Below, one piece after another: positions 51,846 to 63,002 of a stretch of 64,000 bases of DNA. Source of the DNA: an uncultured Chloroflexia bacterium (GTDB lineage Bacteria > Chloroflexota > UBA6077 > JACCZL01); contig CAVXYC010000020.1 in NCBI GenBank assembly GCA_963765765.1, forward strand, positions 800,001 to 864,000, in the 5' to 3' direction. The notes beneath the pieces are model-generated. The model saw only the letters and a program-made list of their open reading frames with translations. It made no database searches and had not been told where the DNA came from. Positions within the stretch are counted from its first letter, which is position 1; each line of letters opens with the position of its first letter. The translations under genes and the position numbers were made by a program.

Positions 51846-53390
51846 GTGCTTCAAAGCCTGTGGGCATCCTATCTTATTGTCTTCCTGAGCAGCGCCTGCA
51901 CGCTCGTTCTGGAGATCGTGGCGGGCCGCATCCTGGCGCCGTTCATTGGAGTCTCGCTCTACACTTGGACCAGCATTATCGGCATCGTCCTGGCAGGCAT
52001 CTCACTCGGGAACTATCTCGGGGGGCGGCTTGCTGATAAGGCGGCGTCGCGCCAGACACTGGGAATCCTTTTGTTCGGCGCCGGACTCACCAGCCTGGCA
52101 ATCCTACCTCTAGTGTCCATTCCCAATCTGGCAGGCATCGTTCCAAAGGACGCGCCGGTCATTGGGAGCTTCATGGGTCGTATCGTCATTCTGACTACGA
52201 TGCTGTTCTTTATTCCGTCGCTGATCATGGGAATGATCTCACCGGTCGTTGTCAAGCTTGCGCTGACGGACCTCTCTCATTCGGGCAATGTCGTTGGGAA
52301 GACCTACGCGTTCTCTACGCTGGGCAGCATCTTCGGCACGTTCATCACCGGTTTTGTACTCATCTCATCGTTCGGCACGCGTGCAATCGTGCTGGGTGTT
52401 GGAATTGTGCTGATCGTCATGGCTTTCATCGCCGGCAGGCTTTGGCGAACGCCGAAAATCGTAATTGCCCTGGCGATACCGCTTGCACTGTTGAGCTGGA
52501 CAATCAACACCGGCACGGCGTTAAGCAGCGGATGTACCAAAGAAACCGATTACTACTGCATCAAGGTGTACGACGAGCCGCAATCTGGTGAGCAGGTTCT
52601 GCGGGTGCTGGTTCTTGATCACCTCATCCACAGCTATAACTCGATCGAGGACCCGACGTACATCAAGTACGGCTACATCAAGGTCTACACGGAGTTCATT
52701 GAGTACCTGGCCCAGACGAAACCGAACTTCAGCATCCTCTACGTTGGAGGTGGCGCCTACACGCTGCCTCGATACATCGAAGCAAAGTACCCACAGGCGC
52801 ATCAGGAAGTCATCGAGATCGATCCCGGCGTAACAGAGATCAACTACACGTACATGGGCGTCAGTCGGGATACAAAGATCGTTACCCACAACTTCGACGG
52901 ACGCCAGATGGTGGACACCCTGGTGGGTGAGGGGCGGAAATTTGACATCGTCATTGGTGACGCGTTCAACGATCTTTCCATTCCCTACCACCTGACCACG
53001 AAAGAGTTCAATGAGAAGATCCGCACGCTTCTCAACGACGATGGCTTCTATTTGACGCTGGTCATCGACAAGCTACGGGGCGGACTCTTCATTCCGTCAT
53101 ACACGCGCACACTTCAGCTCGTATTTCCCAACGTCTACATGACGGCGGATGGACCGCTGTTCGAGAGCAGCGCACCCAATACGTACGTGGTGGCTGGGTC
53201 CCCCACGCCATTGGATCTGGAGCGCTTCAACGCAGTGAAAGGGTTGGGCCCCGGCGGCCGTGTAACAACCGCGATCATGCCTGGCACTGATCTGGCGGAA
53301 TATTTACGGACTGCCGGCGGTGTGTACCTGACCGATGACTACGTTCCCGCGGACAACCTCATCGCCCCGATCTTCGCCGAGCGTTACTAG
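51846..53390 (+). CDS. fused membrane domain/spermidine synthase-like methyltransferase
   Basis: LEIVAGRILAP, STLGSIFGTF, VGGGAY, IEIDP, IGDAF, HLTTKEF, LTDDYVP. Confidence 0.88.
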   Translation: MLQSLWASYLIVFLSSACTLVLEIVAGRILAPFIGVSLYTWTSIIGIVLAGISLGNYLGGRLADKAASRQTLGILLFGAGLTSLAILPLVSIPNLAGIVPKDAPVIGSFMGRIVILTTMLFFIPSLIMGMISPVVVKLALTDLSHSGNVVGKTYAFSTLGSIFGTFITGFVLISSFGTRAIVLGVGIVLIVMAFIAGRLWRTPKIVIALAIPLALLSWTINTGTALSSGCTKETDYYCIKVYDEPQSGEQVLRVLVLDHLIHSYNSIEDPTYIKYGYIKVYTEFIEYLAQTKPNFSILYVGGGAYTLPRYIEAKYPQAHQEVIEIDPGVTEINYTYMGVSRDTKIVTHNFDGRQMVDTLVGEGRKFDIVIGDAFNDLSIPYHLTTKEFNEKIRTLLNDDGFYLTLVIDKLRGGLFIPSYTRTLQLVFPNVYMTADGPLFESSAPNTYVVAGSPTPLDLERFNAVKGLGPGGRVTTAIMPGTDLAEYLRTAGGVYLTDDYVPADNLIAPIFAERY

Positions 53391-53434
53391 TTCCCTGGGA
53401 GCGGGGGCGTCCAGCGCTCCAGGGAACTAGTAAC
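53383..53434. terminator. hairpin overlapping both convergent stop codons
   Basis: gttactagttccctgggagcg ... cgctccagggaactagtaac. Confidence 0.65.
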
Positions 53435-54377
53435 CCTTACACTTGTCGATCTGATTGATAAGCGGCTCGCCGGTGCGGTACCTCGCGAGGTTTTCAGCGA
53501 AGCCGTCCACAACTCGGCGTTGCCACCGGTCGACGTCAAAGGCCATGTGCGGTGTGATGACCGCGTTGCGCTGAGCCCAGAGTGGATGATCCTCGGCCAG
53601 CGGCTCTCGTTGAAAGACGTCCGAGGCGGCTCCGCGAATCGTCCCCGCCTCAAGGGCAGCGGCCAGAGCCATCTCGTCCACTGCTGAGCCTCGGCCAATG
53701 TTGATCAATACAGCGTCACGCCGCATGCGGCGAAGCTGTTCCGCACCGATGACGAGCTCCGTTTCCTGCGTTTGCGGAAGAACAAGAACGACGTAGTCGG
53801 AATTTTCTAGAACGCTATCGAGCTCATCGATGGTATGCATCTCGTCAGCATCGGGATGCGCCTCGCCGCTCAGTCGCACTCCGACGACTCGCATTCCAAG
53901 GGCTCGGCACTTGCGGCCTATCAAATGGCCTATGGCCCCGAATCCGATGACCGCGACGGTGCGCTCTGAGAGAAGCTGTGTTTCCTCATGCTTCCAGCGA
54001 CGCTCGAGTTGATTGATCATCGTCTCGTTGAGGCGTTTAGCAAACATGAGTATGAGAGCGAGCCCGAATTCAGCAACAGGCTCATCGAAAGCTCCACGGG
54101 CATTCGTCAGGATCACGTTACTTTCGAGAAGCTCGGGAAAGACCATTGCGTCCACGCCGGCAGCGCCAACATGTACCCAGCGCAAGTCAGGCAATGAGGT
54201 CCAGTATTGCCGCAGCAGCTTGCTGCGGAAGTCCCACATGAATGCCACTTCAACGCCACGAAGATCCGGCTCCAGCCCGTCGGTCTTGGGGAGCACGACC
54301 CATTCGATATCGGCCCATCGATCCTGAAGAATGGGAAGGACGGGCGACGGATCTCGCGCGACGAGCAGGACCTTCAT
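53427..54377 (-). CDS. D-2-hydroxyacid dehydrogenase family protein
   Basis: AGVD, IGFGAIG, LINIGRG, DVFQREPL, ITPH. Confidence 0.9.
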   Translation of the reverse strand: MKVLLVARDPSPVLPILQDRWADIEWVVLPKTDGLEPDLRGVEVAFMWDFRSKLLRQYWTSLPDLRWVHVGAAGVDAMVFPELLESNVILTNARGAFDEPVAEFGLALILMFAKRLNETMINQLERRWKHEETQLLSERTVAVIGFGAIGHLIGRKCRALGMRVVGVRLSGEAHPDADEMHTIDELDSVLENSDYVVLVLPQTQETELVIGAEQLRRMRRDAVLINIGRGSAVDEMALAAALEAGTIRGAASDVFQREPLAEDHPLWAQRNAVITPHMAFDVDRWQRRVVDGFAENLARYRTGEPLINQIDKCKGY

Positions 54378-54378
54378 G

Positions 54379-54843
54379 CTATCCACGACTCCGCGCACCA
54401 ATGGTGCGGGCAGCATGCTCGGACGCTTCGTTGATCTCCTCCTGTAACTCGTTCATGCGCCGAGTGATATCCGACGCGCTCGCCGCCAGGTCTGGAACCT
54501 CAGGCTGGTCAGCCTGAGCGCGCAGCGCCAGAAGCTCAGCGCGGAGGGACTCAATACGTTTAGTGAGCTGAAGTGACTCCAGCTCTGCCTCCAGCCGCGT
54601 GTGCACGAGTTGAAGCTGCTGAAGCATCCGTTCCGAGTACTCCAGTCGCTCCTGAACGTCAGACATCATCGCTAACGTGGTATCGATCGTCCCTTCACCG
54701 TAGAGCGTGGACGTCAAAATCTTCTCGGTCTGAGCGTGACATTGACGAACCACCTGGTTCACCTGAGCCTCCCGCGCGGCAACATCGGCGAGGAGCAAAC
54801 GCATGCGAGCAATCATGACGTCAAGCTTCTGCATTCGGACCAT
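54379..54843 (-). CDS. coiled-coil hypothetical protein
   Basis: heptad-rich helical ORF co-oriented with the dehydrogenase. Confidence 0.6.
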   Translation of the reverse strand: MVRMQKLDVMIARMRLLLADVAAREAQVNQVVRQCHAQTEKILTSTLYGEGTIDTTLAMMSDVQERLEYSERMLQQLQLVHTRLEAELESLQLTKRIESLRAELLALRAQADQPEVPDLAASASDITRRMNELQEEINEASEHAARTIGARSRG

Positions 54844-55002
54844 CCGACATCGACGCGCCGTCCCGGCATGATTCTGTGGCTTCCCGGAACGGGCCAATTT
54901 TGATGCTCATTATATCGAGGACATCATGTTTCTTTGATCATCACTCAGCCGCGGAAACAGGCGGGCAATTTGAGGGAACTTGAAGTCCAGCTTGGCCTAT
55001 AA

Positions 55003-55998
55003 TTGCCCATCGCATTGGCTAGTCACAGCGTCGGAGGCCCCGCCTTGACCGATAGCCCCACCGAGCAAGAAAGAACGGCGTTCGTCTTCCCAGGACAGGG
55101 CACGCAATACGTTGGCATGGGCAAAGCGCTCTACGACGCATCGGTCGCGGCGCAACACATCTTCCACCAGGCTGACGAGGTACTCGGTTTCCAGCTTTCC
55201 AAACTGTGCTTTGAAGGCCCAGAAGACGAGCTACAAGATACGCTCAATGCGCAACCCGCGGTTCTCACGGTCAGCGTCGCTTGCCTTGCCGCTCTTCGTG
55301 AGAAGTGGATCGAGCTGGGACGCGATCTTAAGCCATTGTTTGTCGCCGGCCACAGTCTTGGCGAATACACGGCGCTCGTCGCCGCCGATGTGCTGGACTT
55401 TGCCGATGCGCTACTTCTCGTCCGCGAGCGCGGCCGCTTGATGAAGGAGTCGGGCGACTACCAGCCCGGGGGCATGGCGGCGGTCATCGGACTTGGTCAA
55501 GATGAGCTCCAGGAAATCTGCGATGAGGCCGGCCAGGCTGGGATTATCGTCATTGCAAATAGCAACTCACCGGAACAGACGGTCATCTCTGGCGAACGTG
55601 AAGCTCTTGATCGGGCCATCGAGCTCGCCCGCGCGCGGGGGGCTCATAGCGTAGTTCCTTTGCGCATCAGCATCGCGTCCCACTCGCCGCTCATGCAGAA
55701 GGCGGCACTCCAGCTTGCCGAGCTCGTGGCTCACATTCGATTTCGAGATCCCTCAATGCCGGTTGTGGCAAACATCCAGGGTCAGATTTTGACAACGGCA
55801 GAGGAGATTCGTCGCGAGCTTGCCGATCAGATCTGCCGTCCCGTGGAATGGACACGCTCCATCCGCGAGATGGTTGAGAATGGCACTGACACGTTTCTGG
55901 AGATCGGGCCCGGGCAAGTGCTCTCACGACTAATCAATCGCATCAATCACGACGTGCAGACGCACAGTCTGAACGAAAAACAAATCGCCAAGCTTTAA
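55003..55998 (+). CDS. fabD: malonyl-CoA:ACP transacylase
   Basis: FPGQGTQ, GHSLGEY, ASHSPLM, EIGPG. Confidence 0.93.
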   Translation: MPIALASHSVGGPALTDSPTEQERTAFVFPGQGTQYVGMGKALYDASVAAQHIFHQADEVLGFQLSKLCFEGPEDELQDTLNAQPAVLTVSVACLAALREKWIELGRDLKPLFVAGHSLGEYTALVAADVLDFADALLLVRERGRLMKESGDYQPGGMAAVIGLGQDELQEICDEAGQAGIIVIANSNSPEQTVISGEREALDRAIELARARGAHSVVPLRISIASHSPLMQKAALQLAELVAHIRFRDPSMPVVANIQGQILTTAEEIRRELADQICRPVEWTRSIREMVENGTDTFLEIGPGQVLSRLINRINHDVQTHSLNEKQIAKL

Positions 55999-56089
55999 CT
56001 CTGATACCCGTGAGGCACAGACGCCGTCGGCGAACGCGGTAACGCGTTACGCTACGCGGTCTGGAGCGGTCTTTAGATGAGGTGAACGC

Positions 56090-57327
56090 GTGCGACGCGT
56101 CGTTGTGACAGGAATAGGCGCGGTCACGCCCGTGGGAACCAGCTGCCAGAGAAACGTGGGATGCGTTCGTCAATGGGCGCTCGGGCATTGCGCCGATCTC
56201 ACTTTTCGATTCGACCAATTTTGACGTTCGCATTGCTGGCGAGGTCAAGGATTTCACAACCGATGGAGTAATCACTCCCAAAAGAAGCCCGCCACATGGA
56301 TCGCTCGGTCCAGATGGCACTGGTGGCGACACGCGAAGCCGTGACCGACGCCGGACTGGAGATCAGTGAGGAAGAGGCCCCTAACGTGGGCGTCATTTAT
56401 GGCACCGGCGCCGGCGGTTTCGGTCAGCTTCTAGCCCAACAGCACGTCATCGACGAACGCGGTCCCAGTCGCGTGAGCCCCTTTTTCATTCCGCACTTCT
56501 TGCCGGACACATCATCCGGCATGATCGCCATCCAGTACGGCGCCCAGGGTCCCAATATGGCCGTGGCATCAGCATGTGCCACGGGTGGCACTGCCGTGGG
56601 CGAAGCTATGGAGACGATTCGTCGTGGTGACTGCGACGTGATCATTACTGGCGGTGCTGAGGCGCCCATCAAGCCGGTCATCATGGCCGGCTTCATCAAT
56701 ATGAAGGTGCTCTCCAGCTTCTCGGACGACCCGGGGAAGGCTGCCCGCCCCTTCGATCTCAACCGAGACGGCTTCGTGCTCGCGGAAGGCGCTGGTACGC
56801 TCATACTGGAAGAACTGGAGTACGCCAAACGTCGCGGCGCCCGAATCTACGCAGAAGTTGTGGGCTACGGATCCACCAACGACGCGTATCACATGGCGGC
56901 CCCACGCCCGGACAGCGCTGGGCCCATCCGAGCAATGAAGATGGCGCTGCGCAAGGCAGAGCTACCATTGGATTCTGTGAACTACATCAACGCTCACGGG
57001 ACGGGAACGGTATTGAACGACAGGCTGGAGACCGGCGCCGTAAAGTCAGTTTTTGGGAACCACGCGTACGATCTCGCCATAACATCGACTAAGTCAATGG
57101 TTGGACATATGATGGGCGCTGCCGGTGCCGTCGAATCAATTGCATGTATCCGTGCTATCTACGATGGCGTCATACCGCCAACCATTAACCTGAACGTGCC
57201 CGATCCTGACTGTGATCTCGACTACGTACCCAGGACCGCTCGAGAGACCAGGGTCCAGGTAGCCATGACAAACAGCATCGGTCTCGGCGGCCATAATTCT
57301 TGCGTCATCTTCCGGAGCTATTCATGA
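56090..57327 (+). CDS. fabF: beta-ketoacyl-ACP synthase II, frameshift near 56270
   Basis: RRVVVTGIG, SACATG, INAHGTGT, STKSMVGH. Confidence 0.9.
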
Positions 57328-58581
57328 ACCTGCGCAACGAGCACGGTCATCGCGTCGTGGTGACCGGCGTTGGCACAGTCAACCCGATTGGTCTCAACGT
57401 GGAGGAGTTCTGGCCGAACCTTCTGGCCGGTACGTCAGGGGTTGGACCTATCACTCAATTCGATGCCAGCGACTTGGCCGTGCAGATGGCAGCCGAGGTG
57501 AAGAACTTCGATCCGCGCCAGCACATGGATCCCAAAGCAGCGCGCCGGATGAGTCGATTTGCCCAGTTCTCAGTTGCAGCGAGCGGCATGGCGCTGGCGG
57601 ACGCGAACTTCAAAGTCACCGCTGAAAATGCCTACGACGTGGGTGTGATGGTTGCCACCGGCGGCGGCGGGGTGGGTGAAGTGATGGACGAGACGAAGGT
57701 CCTTATCACCCAGGGCCCGGATCGGGTGAATCCTCTATTCGTCCCTGCCATGATCGCCAACATGGCTTCATGCCAGGTCTCAATTACGTACGGCATCAAA
57801 GGGCCTGTTACGACCAATATCGCGGCTTGTGCAGCCGGCATTGCGGCGTACTTTGAGGCGATCCATTTCCTGCGACGGGGTGATATCGAGGTCGCCGTTG
57901 CCGGAGGAACGGAGAGCGCAATTCTGCCCTCTCTCGTTCATCTCGCTCAGTCGAATTGGCGCACTCTCGAAACGGAATGATGATCCGGCCCATGCCTCGC
58001 GGCCGTTCGATCGCGATCGCGACGGGTTTGTTTTCGGAGAAGGCGCAGGCGTTATGGTCCTTGAGACGGCAGAGCACGCCGTCGGTCGTGGTGCACGTAT
58101 TTACGCGGAGCTTGCCGGCGCATCTACCAACAGCGACGCTTTCCATCTCACGGCGCCGGAGCCATCGGGAGAAAGCGCATCCCGCGCGATGAGCGGTGCC
58201 CTGCGCGACGCCGGTGTTACGCCCGATGAGGTCGATTACATCTGCGCCCACGGAACGGGCACACCGCTAAATGACGCGTCCGAGACGAGGGCCATCAAGC
58301 GCGTGTTCGGAGAGGCGGCCTACAAGGTCTCGATCTCTTCACCGAAATCCATGGTGGGCCATCTCCTTGGCGCAGCCGGTGGAATCTCAGCCATCACCGC
58401 CGCCAAAGCAATTCACCATGATCTCGTACCGCCCACCAGTAACCTCGATAATCCAGATCCCGAGTGCGATCTCGACTACACCCCGCTGGTCCCTCGTGAG
58501 CGCAAGGTCAACATAGCCATGGCCAATGGCTTCGGCTTCGGCGGTCAGAACGCGGTGATCGTGTTGAGGAAGTTCGAGTAG
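57324..58581 (+). CDS. fabF: second beta-ketoacyl-ACP synthase II, frameshift near 57930
   Basis: [37 protein letters not shown]; ATGA overlap with the previous gene. Confidence 0.88.
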
Positions 58582-58630
58582 GAGGCCCGCTCTACGGCTG
58601 CTGCGGAGTCTCTAAGGGCGCGCGAGTCCG

Positions 58631-59533
58631 TCAGTCCGCGTTCAGCGCCTTCACCGCCTCGACCACGGCGGAGAAATCCTTGCGGTCCACGCCTTTGGCG
58701 CATGCTGACGCGTAGTACTGGGCAGCGATTGACGCGAGGAGTGATGGGGCACCGACTGAACGGGCGAGACCGATGCCCAGATCCATGTCCTTGAGCATGA
58801 GCATCGTCATGAAGCCGGGAGCGTAATCGTCGTCAGCGGGTACCCCGGCGGGGTTCACGCCTGACACGGGCAATCGATTCCGAAACGCCCAGGAATCGCC
58901 GCTTGACTTAGATATCACGTCGAACATAGCTCGCGGATCGAGTCCCGCGCGCTGGGCGATGTTCACCGCTTCCGCCGTGGCGGCTACCCCAATGCCCGCA
59001 AGCATATTGTTAACCAGCTTGACCGTTTCGCCGGTTCCCAGCGGGCCCACATGGATGACGTTGCTGCCCATAGCCTGAAGCACCGGACGACATCGCTCAA
59101 AGACATCGGCATCGCCACCAGCCATCATCGTGAGGGTGCCATCGATCGCACCGACTGATGACCCGCTGACCGGCGCATCGATCATCTTGATTCCACGCGC
59201 GGTCGCCTGGTCGCCGATCTTCTTGGTCACAACGGGGTCGATGGTGCTCATCTCGATGAAGATCTTCCCCGCCTGAAGCCCGGCGAATACGCCCTCGGCG
59301 CCGAGCACCGCGGCCTCTTCGTGAGGCGAGTTCGGTAGCATCGTGATCGCGATGTCGGCCGATTTTGCGGCCTCGGCCGCCGTTGTGGCTCGCTCTGCAC
59401 CGTACTCAACAGCCTGGTCCAACGCCGATTCATTGAGATCGAACGCAGTAACCGGAAAACCCTTATTCACCAGATTGCGTGCCATAGGACCGCCCATTGT
59501 CCCGACGCCAATGAATGCGATTCGATCGGCCAT
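58631..59533 (-). CDS. 3-hydroxyisobutyrate dehydrogenase family NAD(P)-dependent oxidoreductase
   Basis: FIGVGTMGGPMA, DAPVSG, KLVNN, KDMDL. Confidence 0.88.
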   Translation of the reverse strand: MADRIAFIGVGTMGGPMARNLVNKGFPVTAFDLNESALDQAVEYGAERATTAAEAAKSADIAITMLPNSPHEEAAVLGAEGVFAGLQAGKIFIEMSTIDPVVTKKIGDQATARGIKMIDAPVSGSSVGAIDGTLTMMAGGDADVFERCRPVLQAMGSNVIHVGPLGTGETVKLVNNMLAGIGVAATAEAVNIAQRAGLDPRAMFDVISKSSGDSWAFRNRLPVSGVNPAGVPADDDYAPGFMTMLMLKDMDLGIGLARSVGAPSLLASIAAQYYASACAKGVDRKDFSAVVEAVKALNAD

Positions 59534-59569
59534 CTTTGCCTCTCAGTTACTTCGCTGTTGTTTGCATCG

Positions 59570-61351
59570 CTAGTCTTTACGGACGATCAGACTGTCCAGT
59601 ACTAACAAATCAAGCCCGCTGTTGGTAAATGTGTTCAACGCGTTCTCAGGGGTTGTGACAATCGGCTCGCCCCGCAGATTGAACGACGTATTGAGAACGA
59701 CCGGCACGCCCGTCGCCTCGCCAAAGCGGCTAATGAGGCCGTGGTAACGTGGATTCGTGTCCTCGTAGACCATCTGCAGCCTACCGGTGCCCATGTGAGA
59801 CACGGCCGGAATCAATTCCTGCTGCGATGGATCCACCGGCAGCACCGCCAGCATGAATCGGCCCGGGTGGAAGGATTGTCCCCCTGGCACCTTGAAATAG
59901 CGCTCCGTTGCCTCAGCCTGGATACTCGGGGCGAACGGACGGAAGGGCTCGCGGAACTTGATCTTGGTGTTCACGACATCTTTCATCTCGTTCCGACGTG
60001 GGTCAGCGATGATGCTCCGATTGCCCAATGCCCGTGGGCCCCACTCGAATCGTCCCTGAGACCAGCCGATCACCTTGCCCTGGGCGAGCTGATCCGCCAC
60101 GAGGTCTAGCAGCTTGTCGTCGTTTTCGAAGATCTCGTAACTGAGGCCCAGCGCTTCAACGGCACGTTTGGCCTGCCCCTGGTCAAACTCTTTTCCCCAG
60201 TACGCATGGTTCATGACGAATGAGCGTGGCTTCTGAAGAATGGCGTGGTAGGCGTACAGCGCGGCGCCAACGGCTCCGCCCGAGTCACCCGCGGCCGGCT
60301 GAATATAGATCTCCTCAAACGGAGTCTCGTTCAGAATGCGGCCATTGGCAACGCTGTTGTAGGCCACGCCGCCAGCGAAGGCGAGCTTCTTAGAGCCTGT
60401 TCGTTCATGGAGCGCCTTGGCCATCGTCACAATGGTCTGCTCCGTAAACGTCTGAACGCTGGCTGCAACGTCCGCGTAGTACTCATTCTGCTTAACGAGC
60501 TCATCGGAGACGCCCGGAAGAATTCCCGTTGAGCGCGTGCAGAAATCGTCATTGGGCTTACGCGGCTCCCCCCAGAGATCGGCAAACTTACCGCTAAATG
60601 TCTCTGACATGGAGTGGTGAAAGCTGAAGTAGTCCATGTTCATCCAGAAGCTGCCGTCGTCACCGACCTCGATCAGCTTCCGAATTCTGTCAATGTACTT
60701 CGGCTCACCATAGGGAGCCATGCCCATGACCTTGTATTCGCCGTCGTTGACCTCGAATCCCAGGAACGCGGTGAAGGCAGAGTAGAACAAGCCAAGCGAG
60801 TGCGGAAAGCGACTTTCGCTGAAGAGCTGGATCTCGTTACGTCGAGCCCCATCGCCCCAGTCAGCCTTGCCCATGCCCAGGGTCGCGGTGGTCCACTCGC
60901 CAACACCGTCCACCGTCATGACCGCGGACTCTTCAAACGGCGAGCAAAAGAACGCGCTGGCGGCGTGGGAGAGATGATGCTCCACGAAGAGGATGCGATC
61001 GCGCGGGATCTTCGTCTTTCCGCGAATGATGTCCTTGATCCAGAGCTTTTCACTGAACCACGTGATCATCGCCTCGCGAAACGCGGTGAGCGATTTTGGA
61101 AATGTAGACACGAGCGTCGTCATGATGCGCTCGAATTTGGGAAGCGTCTTCTCATAGAAGACGACGTAGTCCACGTCGTCGGGACCAATCCCCGCCTGCT
61201 CGAGGCAGAATTGAACCGAGAGCTCGGGGAAGCCACTGTCATGCTTACGCCGTGAGAAACGCTCTTCCTCGGCGGCGGCCAGCAGCACGCCGTCCTTGAT
61301 GATTGCGGCGGCTGAATCGTGATAGAAGCAAGATATTCCGAGGATGAACAT
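59570..61351 (-). CDS. O-carbamoyltransferase (NodU/CmcH/SxtI family)
   Basis: YHDSAAA, EEERFSRRKH, EHHLSHAAS, DGVGEW, EYKVMG, GPRALGNRS, NTSFN. Confidence 0.92.
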   Translation of the reverse strand: MFILGISCFYHDSAAAIIKDGVLLAAAEEERFSRRKHDSGFPELSVQFCLEQAGIGPDDVDYVVFYEKTLPKFERIMTTLVSTFPKSLTAFREAMITWFSEKLWIKDIIRGKTKIPRDRILFVEHHLSHAASAFFCSPFEESAVMTVDGVGEWTTATLGMGKADWGDGARRNEIQLFSESRFPHSLGLFYSAFTAFLGFEVNDGEYKVMGMAPYGEPKYIDRIRKLIEVGDDGSFWMNMDYFSFHHSMSETFSGKFADLWGEPRKPNDDFCTRSTGILPGVSDELVKQNEYYADVAASVQTFTEQTIVTMAKALHERTGSKKLAFAGGVAYNSVANGRILNETPFEEIYIQPAAGDSGGAVGAALYAYHAILQKPRSFVMNHAYWGKEFDQGQAKRAVEALGLSYEIFENDDKLLDLVADQLAQGKVIGWSQGRFEWGPRALGNRSIIADPRRNEMKDVVNTKIKFREPFRPFAPSIQAEATERYFKVPGGQSFHPGRFMLAVLPVDPSQQELIPAVSHMGTGRLQMVYEDTNPRYHGLISRFGEATGVPVVLNTSFNLRGEPIVTTPENALNTFTNSGLDLLVLDSLIVRKD

Positions 61352-61584
61352 TAGGATTGCCTCCTGGCGCCTTCAAGCGTAAGGTCTCGCGTCTCACGCT
61401 TTAGCCAATAAGAGGCTTGCTGGTGGGGGCGCAGTTTCAGAGGGTCTGTCCGCCATCGAAGTGTGAGTCCAATCGGCCCAACGAAAAGGACATAGAGGAC
61501 GGTAAGGAGGACACGCGCCTGAAAGTTGCCCAACGCGTGAATGAAGGCTAGCCAGTTTGCCCAGGCAATCTTGAGAATCTGAAT
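61351..61584 (-). CDS. SxtJ-like small membrane protein; start uncertain
   Basis: WLAFIHALGNFQARVLLTVLYVLFVGPIG...DPL...SYW; TAATG coupling to the carbamoyltransferase. Confidence 0.7.
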   Translation of the reverse strand: MQILKIAWANWLAFIHALGNFQARVLLTVLYVLFVGPIGLTLRWRTDPLKLRPHQQASYWLKRETRDLTLEGARRQS

Positions 61585-61727
61585 GGTGGTGCTCCGGCCG
61601 CGGCGCGCTCGAAAAAATGGGTGCCAGCGTACGCGAGCGGTAGTATACCTAGCCGAGACCAATTCCGTCCTGCGATTGGTGTCGCATGGGGACGGCCGCG
61701 TTCCAGACATCGGACGCGATGCTCGAT

Positions 61728-63002
61728 CTAAGGGCGAACGATCACCCGTACGGCTTCAGACGGGTCGAGATATTCACGGGCCGAATCCTGAATCTCGTCA
61801 AGCGTCACGGTCTGAATCCGCTGCACATAGGTATCCAGACTCTGCGGCACGCCGAGAAGCTCATGGCCGGAAAGTCGCCGGGCCTGGGAGAGATTGCGCT
61901 CTTCGCTGAGATACGTGCGCCCCTCGATAAACCCAGTGGCCAGCTTGAGCTCCGCATGGGACACACCATGCATGCGCAGCCGCTCTATCTCTGTTTCGAT
62001 CACGTCCACCGCTTCCTCGCAGCGAGCCGAATCCACTCCCGTGCCAATGGAGAGCACGCCTATGTCCGACAACGCGCCGAACTGAGCCGACACCGTGTAA
62101 GTCAGGGCGCGCTCCTCTCTAAGGACTCTGCGAAGCCGCCTCCCAGCGCGTCCTAAGATCGCCGCGGTAACGGTGAGTGGATAACGCTCGTTGGAATTGA
62201 GGCCGGGTGCTGTGAAGCCCATGACGATCTGGGTCGTGGTCCGCCCGGCAGTGAGCTCGCGTCGCGCTCCACTCGACCTCGGGGGACTGACCGAATCACG
62301 CATCGATCCGCCGGAAGGAATACCTCCAAGCGCTTCCTGAGCCCGAGCCACAACCTCCTGGTGGTCCAGCCGGCCCACGACGGCGAGCACCATATTCCCC
62401 GAGCGAAACTGATCGCGGCGATACTGCCATAACGCATCCAACGTTATGGACCGCACATTCTCCGGCGTACCGCCGGGTGAGTGGCGGGCCGGATGATCCC
62501 CCAGAACGAGATCGTTGAACGTATCCCTGGCAAGCTGTCCGGCATCGTTGGCACGGCGACGCAACTCCTCGATGACCACGCCGCGGACTTTTTCAAGCCG
62601 CGTCTCGTCAAATCTGGCATTCACGAGCACGTCGCCAACCTGCTCGATTGCCACGGGAAGCGCCGTCGCCGGCGCGTCGACGAAGAAGCCGATCATCTCG
62701 CGCTCGGTCGCGGCGTTGAACGATCCGCCACGGGCTACGATGGGCTCAACCAGATCGTCTGTCGTTCGACAACGGTCAGTGCCCTGGAAGAACAAGTGCT
62801 CCATCACGTGGGCGGCGCCCGCCGTGCCGGCATCTTCGTCCCGAGAGCCCGCCAGCACGGCGAGATTGAGCGCCACGGCCTTTGTCTCCCGCCGAGATCG
62901 AGTAATGACCCGGAGACCGTTTTCGAGCCTGGAGATGAGCGTTCCGGGCTCCGCGCCGTACGGGCGCGGGCTGCGCTCATTCTCCGCTCGCGTGGCGGTC
63001 AC
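61728..63002 (-). CDS. M16 (pitrilysin) family peptidase
   Basis: LENGLRV, GSRDE, HVMEH (HXXEH), LREERALTY. Confidence 0.9.
   Translation of the reverse strand: MTATRAENERSPRPYGAEPGTLISRLENGLRVITRSRRETKAVALNLAVLAGSRDEDAGTAGAAHVMEHLFFQGTDRCRTTDDLVEPIVARGGSFNAATEREMIGFFVDAPATALPVAIEQVGDVLVNARFDETRLEKVRGVVIEELRRRANDAGQLARDTFNDLVLGDHPARHSPGGTPENVRSITLDALWQYRRDQFRSGNMVLAVVGRLDHQEVVARAQEALGGIPSGGSMRDSVSPPRSSGARRELTAGRTTTQIVMGFTAPGLNSNERYPLTVTAAILGRAGRRLRRVLREERALTYTVSAQFGALSDIGVLSIGTGVDSARCEEAVDVIETEIERLRMHGVSHAELKLATGFIEGRTYLSEERNLSQARRLSGHELLGVPQSLDTYVQRIQTVTLDEIQDSAREYLDPSEAVRVIVRP

Noticed and set aside
11753-58581. Frameshifts in recQ, cysE, both fabF genes, DUF3090 and the efflux adaptor as programmed frameshifting or mass pseudogenisation
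   Set aside because: They hit housekeeping genes at arbitrary positions with no shared slippery motif, which is typical of uncorrected sequencing indels.
59570-61584. Saxitoxin biosynthesis
   Set aside because: Only the widespread SxtI/SxtJ-like pair is present, with no sxtA, sxtG or other core genes.
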